Positions 36,738-45,456 of a stretch of DNA of 64,000 nt are shown piece by piece. The stretch is taken from the sequence record NC_019407.1; one strand, written 5' to 3'. The translations under genes were made by a program, and so were the position numbers. The notes below the pieces were generated by a model, which ran no database searches, had not been told where the DNA came from, and worked only from the letters and a program-made list of their open reading frames with translations. Numbering within the stretch: the first letter of the stretch is position 1; every line of letters begins with the position of its first letter.

Positions 36738-36998
36738 ATGGACAGGCTGAAAATCAAGCTCTTCGCCAAGGGTGTGCGGACCTCGTCCGAAGCGCTGCTC
36801 GACGCGATCGAGGCGCTTCCGGAGGGGCCGGAGAAGGATGCGGTGGTCGCGGCCGAGAAGCAGTTGCACGCGCGGCTGAACTGGGGCGCGGCGAAGGCCG
36901 GCGAGTTCTTCGGGGACGAGTCGATCTCCAGGCTCGCCACCCAGCGCACCGGCGGCGAGGACAAGCCGGACGCCCCCGAGGTTCCGCCCGGCGGCTGA
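36738..36998 (+). CDS. small protein with a Gly/Pro-rich C-terminal tail
   Basis: SD GAGGA; ends QRTGGEDKPDAPEVPPGG. Confidence 0.75.
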   Translation: MDRLKIKLFAKGVRTSSEALLDAIEALPEGPEKDAVVAAEKQLHARLNWGAAKAGEFFGDESISRLATQRTGGEDKPDAPEVPPGG

Positions 36999-37008
36999 CG
37001 GGTGCGTC

Positions 37009-37533
37009 ATGGGCCTGACGGGCTGCACCTTCGCAGTCCTGACGGCCGGCTCGGTCGCCTATGCGATCGACCGTGGCGGCAAGGCGCTGAAGCTCAGCGC
37101 CTTCCTGCTGCTGGCGTCCTGGGCGTTCTCGGTCACCCTGGGCCAGACCCTCAACGCGGGCATGAAGCCCTATGTCTACGCCTGGGTCGACGCCCTGTTC
37201 GCCGGCGCGATGGGGATATTGATCTCCGCCCGACTTCAGCGCTGGCGGGTCGCCCTCTTCACCCTGGCGATCGCCCAGATGAGCCTCCACCTGATCATGA
37301 TCGGGGTCTGGGATTTCTCGCTGCACGCGCGGCGCCTCCACATCCTGGCCCTCAACCTGACCTACGGCCTGGAACTCTTCGTCCTGACGATCGGGGCGGC
37401 GACCTATCGCGTCGAGGCCGAGGACGACATGCCGGCGGTGATCGAGGTCCAGCACCGCTTGATCGGGACCGACGACGGCCGCGTTCTCGATTGGCTTGAA
37501 TGTGTTGACAAAGCCAGAGAACCCGTCCTATAA
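37009..37533 (+). CDS. multi-pass membrane protein (about 5 TM)
   Basis: Several hydrophobic segments separated by short polar loops. Confidence 0.8.
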   Translation: MGLTGCTFAVLTAGSVAYAIDRGGKALKLSAFLLLASWAFSVTLGQTLNAGMKPYVYAWVDALFAGAMGILISARLQRWRVALFTLAIAQMSLHLIMIGVWDFSLHARRLHILALNLTYGLELFVLTIGAATYRVEAEDDMPAVIEVQHRLIGTDDGRVLDWLECVDKAREPVL

Positions 37534-37550
37534 GCTCCCTCGACGACAAC
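37505..37550 (+). promoter_or_regulatory. class-B promoter cassette
   Basis: TTGACA-N18-TATAAG-N7-GACGACAAC, then GAGGAGG. Confidence 0.88.
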
Positions 37551-37562
37551 GAGGAGGCCCCC

Positions 37563-37994
37563 ATGCCGAAGACAAGTCCCGCGACCCTCTCCCGCGCCCT
37601 GGCCTATCTGGCGATCACCGGCGGGACCTCCTGCCTGACCATCAACACCCGCGTGGCCATGCACCCCTACTACGATCTGGTGCCGCGCGTGGTCAAACTC
37701 GGCGAGACCGAGTTGACCCTGCACGTCTACAAGCTCAACGCCGAGGGCAAGGCCCTGGCCGAGAAGTCCAAGCTCTGGCGCGGTCACCAGAAGCTCCTCG
37801 ACATGGGCTTCCAGTTCAAGAAGAACCGCCGGCGCCAGTCGTCGCGCTTCCTGTCCTACGAGCATGCCGAGCACATGGAGCGCAAGAGCCTGCGCGGCGC
37901 CTTCATCTCCGGCGATCGGGTCTACGCCCAGCCGGCGCCGGGCCAGACGCCCGAGGGCAAGAAGGACTGGGACTACATCGAGGTGACCCTGTGA
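37563..37994 (+). CDS. hypothetical basic protein
   Basis: SD GAGGAGG. Confidence 0.82.
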   Translation: MPKTSPATLSRALAYLAITGGTSCLTINTRVAMHPYYDLVPRVVKLGETELTLHVYKLNAEGKALAEKSKLWRGHQKLLDMGFQFKKNRRRQSSRFLSYEHAEHMERKSLRGAFISGDRVYAQPAPGQTPEGKKDWDYIEVTL

Positions 37995-38350
37995 GCCAAC
38001 GCACCGCGATCGACATCCTCCGCCACGCCGCCGAACTTCTGGAGACGCGCGGCTGGGGCCAGGGCACGGCCATCGTCAATACGGCCGACGCCGGCGGCGC
38101 CCTCTGCGCCAACATCGCGCTGGGTCACGCCTCGGTCCGCATCGATCCTAAGGACTACGCCGCCTACACCGGCACCCAGGTCGCCCTCCTGAAGCATCTG
38201 GGGATCGACCTGGGGCCGGCGCTGCTCCAGAAGACGACCAAGGCCAGCCTGATCATCGAGTGGAACGACGCGCCCGAGCGCACCGCCCGCGAGGTGACCG
38301 ACGCCCTGCGCGGCGCGGCCGACGGCCTTAGCCAAGAGGTGCAGCCTTGA
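37991..38350 (+). CDS. DUF6197-like protein
   Basis: AAELLETRGWGQG...C...WNDAPERTAREVTDALRGAA. Confidence 0.72.
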   Translation: MSQRTAIDILRHAAELLETRGWGQGTAIVNTADAGGALCANIALGHASVRIDPKDYAAYTGTQVALLKHLGIDLGPALLQKTTKASLIIEWNDAPERTAREVTDALRGAADGLSQEVQP

Positions 38351-38721
38351 TCACTCCCGTCCAGCACATCCTCACCCGTGCGGCCTCGATGCTCGAAGAG
38401 CGCGGCTGGGGCCAAGGCAACGACACGATCCGGACGGCCGACCAGGGCGGCGCCATGTGCCTCAACCTCGCCCTGGGCGCGGTGCCCAACGAGGACTTGG
38501 AGACCTTCCGCGCGGCCCAGTACGCCCTCATCAACCATCTGGGCCTGGAGGTGGTCACCGAATATGATCGCTTCGCCGGCCTGATGCGCGAGATGCCGGG
38601 CGTGACCCTGGTCAACTGGAACGACGCGCCGGGGCGCACGGCCCAGGAGGTGATCCACGCCCTGCGCGCGACGGCGCTGTCGGTGGTGGTCGACGCCCTA
38701 GCGGCGGAGGCCCTGGCCTGA
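38347..38721 (+). CDS. DUF6197-like protein (paralogue)
   Basis: AASMLEERGWGQG...C...WNDAPGRTAQEVIHALRATA. Confidence 0.72.
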   Translation: MITPVQHILTRAASMLEERGWGQGNDTIRTADQGGAMCLNLALGAVPNEDLETFRAAQYALINHLGLEVVTEYDRFAGLMREMPGVTLVNWNDAPGRTAQEVIHALRATALSVVVDALAAEALA

Positions 38722-39065
38722 TGCCGCGTCCCGCCCAACGCCGCCATGCCCTCTACCTGCTGGTCGTCAGTTGCGGCCCGCTGGTGATCATGAAGGGGCC
38801 GGAGGCCTTCACCCCCTGGCCGGTCCTGCGCAAGGCGATCCTCAAGACCATGCGCGAGGCGCACGGGCTGAAGGCCTCCGAGGTCTCGGCCGTCGAGGGT
38901 CTCGCCGATCCGCGCAGCGAAGACCCGCAAGACCGCAACGCCGTCGAGAAGTTCGCCGCCGCCTTCGCCGGCTCGGACAACTTCCCGGCCTTCCATCTCT
39001 ACGCCTGGACCGGCGAAGGCTTCGCCCTGGTCCGCGTCCCTCTGGAACAGGAGACCGCCGCCTGA
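38721..39065 (+). CDS. hypothetical protein
   Basis: TGATG overlap. Confidence 0.75.
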   Translation: MPRPAQRRHALYLLVVSCGPLVIMKGPEAFTPWPVLRKAILKTMREAHGLKASEVSAVEGLADPRSEDPQDRNAVEKFAAAFAGSDNFPAFHLYAWTGEGFALVRVPLEQETAA

Positions 39066-39721
39066 TGCCGCTCTACCTGACCCAGTACCCCCTCGACTGG
39101 CCCGGCACGACGGCCAAGGGCAGCGCCAAGACGACGCTGTTCGCCCGCGATTACGTCGAGGCCGAGGCGTTCTGCAAAGCCCGCAAGCTGGGCGAGGTCC
39201 TGATCGATCCCGCCGAGCACATCACCGCCCGCGACGCCTCCGTGCTCAACCACATGCGGCCCGAAATGCCCTCGGACCTCCTGCGGCGCCGGCGCTACAG
39301 CGATGCGCTCCACGCTGGGGCCTTCCTGTCGTTCGTGGGGCTGAAGTCCGGCTATCTTCAGGTCGAGGAACTGCTGGGCGATGTCTCGCCCGTCCACGAA
39401 CTGGCCCACTGGGTGATGTTCCGGGACATGCACGCGGAAAGAGGCGCGGCTTGGCCGCCGCCTTCAGCCAAAGTGCTGATGAGCCATGCCGATCGTCTGG
39501 AGATCATGGAACGGCAGGTCCCCGGCTTCCACCCCCGCTCGGTGTCGTACACCGAACGACGGGGGCTCCCGGTCGAAAGCTGGGAACGCGCCGAGGCGAT
39601 CCGGCAATGGGACCTGGAGAAGCTCGCAGGCTTCGCCGATGACTATCCGCGCCAGCGCCGGATCGTCCAACGTCAACGCAAGAAGCGCGCTGAGAAGATC
39701 GCGCGACTGGAGAACGCATGA
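39065..39721 (+). CDS. hypothetical protein
   Basis: Start moved to MPLYLTQ. Confidence 0.78.
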   Translation: MPLYLTQYPLDWPGTTAKGSAKTTLFARDYVEAEAFCKARKLGEVLIDPAEHITARDASVLNHMRPEMPSDLLRRRRYSDALHAGAFLSFVGLKSGYLQVEELLGDVSPVHELAHWVMFRDMHAERGAAWPPPSAKVLMSHADRLEIMERQVPGFHPRSVSYTERRGLPVESWERAEAIRQWDLEKLAGFADDYPRQRRIVQRQRKKRAEKIARLENA

Positions 39722-40251
39722 CCCCGACCGATGAGCTTTTGAACCGCGCCGCCCAGCGCCTGGAACAGCGCGGCGGGCGAGACGCCTACAGCGCCCTGCT
39801 CGACGTCTCGCAAGGCGGTGAGAGCATCGCCGAGGCCTTGGAGGCGGTGATCCTCCACCTGGGCCTGCCCTATGATCCGACCCGTCGTCTGCGCGGGCCG
39901 GTCCTGCGCTGGTGCCTCGCCGAGGACCGCACCCAGACCCAGGTGCTGGGCGCCCTGCGTGGCGCGGCCCTGTCCATCAAAAAGGCCCGCATGAGGGACC
40001 CCTACGAGATCATCAACGGCTGGTGGTGGCTGAGCTTCGCCGACGACACCGGCTTCCTGGGCGTGGCGGTCCTGCACGCCGAGAGCTTCGACGCGGCGCT
40101 GCGCAAGAGCGGCGCCACCGGGCTCAATCCGGGCGGCTCGGTCCAGGGCGTGCCCCTCCCCGAGGAGTACGTCCCGGCCGAACCCTATCGCAATCGCCTG
40201 CTGAACGCGGCCGAAGCCATCTCCGCCGGCGGGATCAAGGTGAGCGCATGA
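39718..40251 (+). CDS. hypothetical protein with a degenerate DUF6197-like N-terminal half
   Basis: RAAQRLEQRGG...W...EDRTQTQVLGALRGAA. Confidence 0.72.
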   Translation: MTPTDELLNRAAQRLEQRGGRDAYSALLDVSQGGESIAEALEAVILHLGLPYDPTRRLRGPVLRWCLAEDRTQTQVLGALRGAALSIKKARMRDPYEIINGWWWLSFADDTGFLGVAVLHAESFDAALRKSGATGLNPGGSVQGVPLPEEYVPAEPYRNRLLNAAEAISAGGIKVSA

Positions 40252-40727
40252 CCGAGACCCGCATCTACAACGGCGCGGCCGGCGCCATCTTCATCCGCAA
40301 CCCCAAGTACGGGGTGATCGAGACCGACTCCCTGGTGGTGATCGACCGCCCGGACGACCTCGACCATCACGGCCTGATCGGGCGGCTCCACATCCAGCCC
40401 GGCATGGACACGGTGATCGTCAAGGCCGGCGTCGTCCACGTCAACGTCTATCCGTGTCAGGTCCGGCCGCTGAAGCTGGGCGAGCGGATCGGCGACCCCG
40501 AGGCCAACGCCCACCTCAACCAGATCGCCGAGATGGTCGGCGAGGGCGAGGACGTCGGGGCGGCCTGGGAGAGCGTCCAGGCGATCATCACCGAGCGGGA
40601 CAACCTCAAGACGGCGGCCGAGCGCGTGCGTGACTGCCTGCGGTCGGCCAACCTGACCGACTCGGTGCAGGATGTCCGCTACGAGATCGAGACGGCCGCA
40701 AATTTCATCGCCGAGGCCCTGTCATGA
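40248..40727 (+). CDS. hypothetical protein
   Basis: Start moved to MTETRIY. Confidence 0.78.
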   Translation: MTETRIYNGAAGAIFIRNPKYGVIETDSLVVIDRPDDLDHHGLIGRLHIQPGMDTVIVKAGVVHVNVYPCQVRPLKLGERIGDPEANAHLNQIAEMVGEGEDVGAAWESVQAIITERDNLKTAAERVRDCLRSANLTDSVQDVRYEIETAANFIAEALS

Positions 40728-41485
40728 AGGTCCCGCTGAAGCAATGCCCGCCCGGCCCGTTCCTCTATGAGGGCGTCCTGGGCTTCAAGACCGAGTACGG
40801 GGCGATGTCCACGCGCGAGCTTCCGAGCCCGCCGCTGTCGGGACGCCACCAGCGCGAGTGGTACGTCACCGACCACGCCGACGCCTATTGCATGTCGTCC
40901 GGCGAGGCCTTCTGGGCGGGCGCCAAGACGCGCGAGGAGCGGGACGAACTCCTGGTCCAGCCGCTCTACGAGGGCTGGCTGAAGCTCAACCGTCCGAGCG
41001 ATCGCGAGCCCTCCGCCCTGGAACGGGCCTTGGTCGAGTGCATCGCCGTCGCCTCGCTCTATGATAATCCCGCCGGGGTCTACGCCAAAAACATCCTGGA
41101 CGCGATCAAGACGGGCGGCGATGAAGGCCTCAAGGCGCTTGCCTCGCCGCTCTCCGAAGTGGTGCGTGAGCGTGATCGCTTGAAGCAGGCGATCGACACG
41201 GCCCTGGTCCAGATCAGCGGTGGTCTCTGCTACTTCACGGCCGACGCCAAGCACGCCCAGCTTCGTGACGCCGAGAAGACCCTGGAGCGGGCGCTGAATG
41301 GCGACGAGACCCCGTTCGAAAAGCGGGTCTATGGCGAAGAGCCGGCGGCCGACTGGAGCCTGGAGCTTCACGTCTTTCACGCCGCCAACAACCCCGACCT
41401 GCCGCAGGCCACGCGGGAGCTTCTCAAGACCCTGTGGAAGGCCTACTGCGAGATGGAACAACGCTGCGAAGGAGCCTCGACTTGA
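40724..41485 (+). CDS. hypothetical protein
   Basis: CPPGPFLY...GFKTEYG...GEAFWAGA motif. Confidence 0.8.
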   Translation: MKVPLKQCPPGPFLYEGVLGFKTEYGAMSTRELPSPPLSGRHQREWYVTDHADAYCMSSGEAFWAGAKTREERDELLVQPLYEGWLKLNRPSDREPSALERALVECIAVASLYDNPAGVYAKNILDAIKTGGDEGLKALASPLSEVVRERDRLKQAIDTALVQISGGLCYFTADAKHAQLRDAEKTLERALNGDETPFEKRVYGEEPAADWSLELHVFHAANNPDLPQATRELLKTLWKAYCEMEQRCEGAST

Positions 41486-42030
41486 ACATTCTGCAAGACC
41501 TCCTCGCTCACCCCGAGAACATGACGGACGCCTACGCGTCCTGCATCTCGATGCGGATCGGCGACACCCTGGCCAGCCCTCGGCGCCAGGACCTCTTCGA
41601 TCTGGCGACCACCCTGACCTCGATCTCGCACGCCCTGCTGGCCCAGGCCCCGCAGGAGGTGCGCAACGTCCTGATCCACGACAAGGGCGACATGGGCGAT
41701 CCGGTCATGGTCGCCTTCCGCCTCGGGCAATTGTCCATGGCCGGGGAGATCATGGGCTACGAGGCGTCCCGCCGGGCCGATGACGACATCGTCGAGGTGG
41801 TTCGCGCCCATCGCGGGTTCCTCGCCGACATCGCCGCCGGCCGCAACACCCAGCGCGAACTCGCCGCCCAGTTCGGGATGTCGGGTCGGGAGGTCCGCGT
41901 CACCCTGCGGCTCCTCGGGAGCAAGGGCCTCGTCAACACCGTGCTCGGCAAGAAGGTCGGCGAGTTCGAGGCACGGCTGACGCCACTGGCCGAATCGGTG
42001 CTCGACCAGATCAGGAAGGCCGCCGCATGA
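41482..42030 (+). CDS. putative winged-helix DNA-binding protein
   Basis: TQRELAAQFGMSGREVRVTLRLLGSKGLV...ARLTPLA; TTG start. Confidence 0.75.
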   Translation: MNILQDLLAHPENMTDAYASCISMRIGDTLASPRRQDLFDLATTLTSISHALLAQAPQEVRNVLIHDKGDMGDPVMVAFRLGQLSMAGEIMGYEASRRADDDIVEVVRAHRGFLADIAAGRNTQRELAAQFGMSGREVRVTLRLLGSKGLVNTVLGKKVGEFEARLTPLAESVLDQIRKAAA

Positions 42031-42383
42031 GCGAGGGTGCCAAGCGCAAGCGGGCCGCCCGGCGCGCGCCGCAAAAGACGCTGATCGAAAAGCTCGACAC
42101 GATTCTCGACGAGAGCCTCGCCGGGATCGAGCATCCCTCGCAGGTGGCGATCAATGTCTGCGTGCCCCGCGCGGACCTTCAGGAGGCCGTCAGGGGCCTG
42201 AAGCTGCGGGAGGTGTCCACCGGCCTGCCCGAGGACTTCCTGGTCGCCTGGGACGATCTGCGACGGGCGATCACCGCTGTCGAGACCGCCAGCCTCTACT
42301 CGATCGGCGAGGCCGTTCGGTGGCTGGAGGAAGAGCGCATGAAGTTCGACACCAAGGTTCGCGACACGGCAAGGTACGCATGA
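42027..42383 (+). CDS. hypothetical protein
   Basis: ATGA overlap. Confidence 0.75.
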   Translation: MSEGAKRKRAARRAPQKTLIEKLDTILDESLAGIEHPSQVAINVCVPRADLQEAVRGLKLREVSTGLPEDFLVAWDDLRRAITAVETASLYSIGEAVRWLEEERMKFDTKVRDTARYA

Positions 42384-42706
42384 CTCCCAAGACCTTCATC
42401 GACAAGTTGCGGGTCGGCGCTCAGAAGGCGCTCGCTCGCTCCAGGGCCTGGACGCCCGAGGAGAACATCGTGCTCCAGACCCTGGTCTGGGCGCCGGCCA
42501 ACATCCAGCAGCGCTCGGACCTCTATGTGGCGGGCGTCATGCGCGGCATGCTGGCCTTGATCTCGACCATGAGCGGCAAGGTCTCCGAGGAGATCAAGAC
42601 CCTCCTGTGGATGGCCGGCGAGGCAACCGAGACCAACGCGCCCGTGCCGGATGATCAGGTCCTGACGGCGCTGGCGGCCCTCGACGGCCTGCATGCGAGG
42701 GGCTGA
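42380..42706 (+). CDS. hypothetical protein
   Basis: Start moved to MTPKTF. Confidence 0.75.
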   Translation: MTPKTFIDKLRVGAQKALARSRAWTPEENIVLQTLVWAPANIQQRSDLYVAGVMRGMLALISTMSGKVSEEIKTLLWMAGEATETNAPVPDDQVLTALAALDGLHARG

Positions 42707-43101
42707 TGGTCAGCGCCTACCAGCAATCGCTCAACGCCCAGGCCTCGGGTCTGTCGACCCAGGCTGATCCGCTCGCCCGAGGCTATTGGAAGAACGGCCA
42801 GTGGGTGCGCAACTCGCTGCACGATCGCCTCAAGGCCTACATCGCCAGGGTCCCGGACGTGGAGTTCCATCGCTACTCGACGCGCCCGGCCGGCGCGATC
42901 ACCGTCCGGGGCATTTCGCCCAACGCCTATGTCCCGGTCACCGACCAGAGGAGCCCGCCGGCCCCGTTCAGCAAGGACAGGTGGTGCTACATGCCCAAGA
43001 CGATGCGCGCCCTGGTCGAGGAGGGCGTCCTCATGGTCGCCAGCCTCGACGTCCAGATGGACGGCAGCACCAAGGTGGCGATCTACAAGCCGGTGCGCTG
43101 A
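42706..43101 (+). CDS. hypothetical protein (wHTH-like C-terminus)
   Basis: PKTMRALVEEGVL. Confidence 0.75.
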   Translation: MVSAYQQSLNAQASGLSTQADPLARGYWKNGQWVRNSLHDRLKAYIARVPDVEFHRYSTRPAGAITVRGISPNAYVPVTDQRSPPAPFSKDRWCYMPKTMRALVEEGVLMVASLDVQMDGSTKVAIYKPVR

Positions 43102-43379
43102 TGCGACGGTTCATGCGCGCCCCCAGCCTGTCGACCTATCCGATCCCCTACCAGCTTGAGCGCTACCTGCTCAACAACCGCGACGTGCGGCTGGTGCGCT
43201 GCCGTGACGGCTGGCGTCTCCAGGGCCGAACCGGCGTCTTCCATCGATCCCGTGTACCCGGCACCGGGCGCTACTCCTGGCGGTCGGTGGCGATCTGCCT
43301 GGACAGCCTCTGCGTGATCGAGAGCTATGACGAGACCATGCGCCCCGACGTCGTCGGGCTCGCCAAGGACGTGGTGTGA
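43101..43379 (+). CDS. hypothetical protein
   Basis: Start moved to MRRFMR. Confidence 0.7.
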   Translation: MRRFMRAPSLSTYPIPYQLERYLLNNRDVRLVRCRDGWRLQGRTGVFHRSRVPGTGRYSWRSVAICLDSLCVIESYDETMRPDVVGLAKDVV

Positions 43380-43741
43380 TGGTCTGGTGGGACCCTCAGG
43401 CGCGGGTCAAGAGCCACTGGTCCTACGATCCGAAGGACGGCACGCGCCCCTATTACATGTTCGACGGCCGGCGCTACAAGAGCGCCATCGCCGCCGCCAC
43501 CGCCGAGGTGCTGAGCAATCGCCTGTGGGCGCTGTTCGACGTCCTCCCGATCCTGCTGCGCTGCGCCGACGGCTCCTATGTCGTCGACTGCGAACCGATC
43601 GGGAGCGAGCCGCACCTGCCGGCCCCCGACATCCGGGTCTCCAAGCGCATCGCGCTCGGGCTGGTCGAGGCCGGGCTGCTGCTGATCACCGAGTACAACG
43701 AGCGCGGCGTCCCCGACCGCCTGGAGCTTGCCGCCACATGA
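43376..43741 (+). CDS. hypothetical protein (wHTH-like C-terminus)
   Basis: SKRIALGLVEAGLL. Confidence 0.75.
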   Translation: MMVWWDPQARVKSHWSYDPKDGTRPYYMFDGRRYKSAIAAATAEVLSNRLWALFDVLPILLRCADGSYVVDCEPIGSEPHLPAPDIRVSKRIALGLVEAGLLLITEYNERGVPDRLELAAT

Positions 43742-44004
43742 GAGGCCTTCCCAAACCCGCCGAGGTCCAGCTTCGCCACTACCTCCAGGGCGGTCACTTC
43801 AAGCACCTGATCCGGGCCTATCGCGGCTGGCGGCCCTACAATCCCGCCACCGGGACCATCCACGTCGACAAGCGGTTCTCGACCAAGACGGTCCAGCGGG
43901 CCGTCAGCGCCGGCACGCTCGACGTCTACGAGTTCGACGAGGAGGGGCAGGTCCAGGTCTACGCCCTCGGCGCCCAGTTCCTCGGCTGGAAGTCCTCGTC
44001 ATGA
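43738..44004 (+). CDS. hypothetical protein (wHTH-like)
   Basis: FSTKTVQRAVSAGTLDVYEFDEEGQVQ. Confidence 0.75.
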   Translation: MRGLPKPAEVQLRHYLQGGHFKHLIRAYRGWRPYNPATGTIHVDKRFSTKTVQRAVSAGTLDVYEFDEEGQVQVYALGAQFLGWKSSS

Positions 44005-44309
44005 CCCCGCACGAAAAGGCGATGACCAAGTCGGTGATGCGCATCTGCGACGACATCCGCATGGTCGGCGGCGGGACGGGCGAGGCGACCGCGCTCTGGA
44101 AGTTCGTCTATCGCCCGGCGATCGAGCCGGGGCGCGCCGGGCGCTACGCCCTCGTGACGGCCAAGCTCGACGTCCCCTTGCCAATGCGGGTCACCAGGGG
44201 TTATCGTCGCTGCGAGATGGAGGCGGTGGTCGACGTCGGCTATGCGGGGCTGCGCCCCGTGGCCTGGGACGAAACCGGCCGTGTCCTGGAGTATCGGGGT
44301 CGGGCGTGA
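44001..44309 (+). CDS. hypothetical protein
   Basis: Start moved to MTPHEK. Confidence 0.7.
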   Translation: MTPHEKAMTKSVMRICDDIRMVGGGTGEATALWKFVYRPAIEPGRAGRYALVTAKLDVPLPMRVTRGYRRCEMEAVVDVGYAGLRPVAWDETGRVLEYRGRA

Positions 44310-44926
44310 AAGCCGATTGGCGCGAGACATTGGCGGTCGCTTTTGACCGGCCTCTTCCGGCTGCGGACGAGGTCAAGGACCCCTACGCCTTCGATCCCAC
44401 CGCGCCGGCCATCATCCTCGATTTCGCCACCCCGCCCGAGCCACCGCCCGAGAACGAATATCGTTGGCTGGCCCTGGACGCGGCGGGCGAACCGCTGGGG
44501 GAGTTCTGGACCATCCCGCTGGCGGCCGAGGGGCTCGCCCATATCCTCTATCCAGGCCACGCCCAGATCGTGCGGGGCAACGCCACCAGCCGCCTGCGGG
44601 CCAAGCGCCTGTCACGTCTTTGCGAAGCCCAAAACTGGCGCTGCTGCTACTGCTATGGAGTGATGCGCCTGCCGGTCGAGTGCCTGCCCCAGGCGCCGGA
44701 CATGGCGACCCTGGAGCACCTGCACCGCCAGACCGACGGCGGCGGCGGGCGGCTGGACAATCTGGTCGCCGCCTGCGCGTCCTGCAACTCCCATCGGGGC
44801 GGCTTCACGCCGCTGAAGTGGTGGAAGGTCCGCCAGCGCCTGCTCCCGGTCTGGCCCGCCTGCACGACGATGACCGAGGCCGCTCGCTACAACCTGCGCG
44901 GTTATGGTCCGCTGCGAGCCGGCTAG
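44306..44926 (+). CDS. HNH endonuclease
   Basis: CCYC...ATLEHL...NLVAACASCNSHRG. Confidence 0.88.
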   Translation: MKADWRETLAVAFDRPLPAADEVKDPYAFDPTAPAIILDFATPPEPPPENEYRWLALDAAGEPLGEFWTIPLAAEGLAHILYPGHAQIVRGNATSRLRAKRLSRLCEAQNWRCCYCYGVMRLPVECLPQAPDMATLEHLHRQTDGGGGRLDNLVAACASCNSHRGGFTPLKWWKVRQRLLPVWPACTTMTEAARYNLRGYGPLRAG

Positions 44927-44931
44927 GTGGA

Positions 44932-44979
44932 ACAACCGTTTTTGGTTGTATTTCCGGAATACAACCTTTTTCGGTTGTA
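44932..44979. promoter_or_regulatory. tandem palindromic operator
   Basis: ACAACC-N6-GGTTGT at 44932-44949 and 44961-44978. Confidence 0.75.
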
Positions 44980-44990
44980 GCGCGATTGTG

Positions 44991-45020
44991 TTGACAGGGT
45001 TTACAGAACCGGGCTAGACC
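44991..45020 (+). promoter_or_regulatory. sigma70-type promoter (no GACGACAAC box)
   Basis: TGTG-TTGACA-N18-TAGACC, then GGAGG. Confidence 0.72.
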
Positions 45021-45027
45021 GGAGGCC

Positions 45028-45456
45028 ATGATGGCTTCCGCCCCATTCACCCCGATGCTCCTCAAGGTCGGCGCGACCCGCCGGCGCTTGGCCGCCGCGC
45101 CCCAGCGGGTGCGCGACAAGGTCAACGCCCAGGCGGAGTTCTACACCGACGCCAAGGAGAAGGCCCGCCGGCGCCGGGCGTTCGTCCTGACGGCCCTGCT
45201 CGACGAGTTCCTGCATGGCACGGTGGTGTTCGAGCGCAACGCCCACGGGACCTACGACGCCCATTTCATCGGCACCTCGGCGCAGTTCCAGGCCCTGGAT
45301 CGGCCGAGCGCCCATCTCCTGTTGGGCGCGCGGTGGTCGCTCAAGACCCTACGCTATCCCCTGTCGGTGGGCGATCTGGTGGTCGACGCCATGGACGAGA
45401 ACAGGACGCCGCTGCGGCTGATCCAGCCCCCGATCCTTCCGGAGGACGCGGCGTGA
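45028..45456 (+). CDS. hypothetical protein
   Basis: SD GGAGG. Confidence 0.8.
   Translation: MMASAPFTPMLLKVGATRRRLAAAPQRVRDKVNAQAEFYTDAKEKARRRRAFVLTALLDEFLHGTVVFERNAHGTYDAHFIGTSAQFQALDRPSAHLLLGARWSLKTLRYPLSVGDLVVDAMDENRTPLRLIQPPILPEDAA

Noticed and set aside
44306-44926. HNH as part of an intron or as the packaging HNH
   Set aside because: There is no interrupted host gene or intron structure, and it lies about 6 kb from terS, so the link is unsupported.
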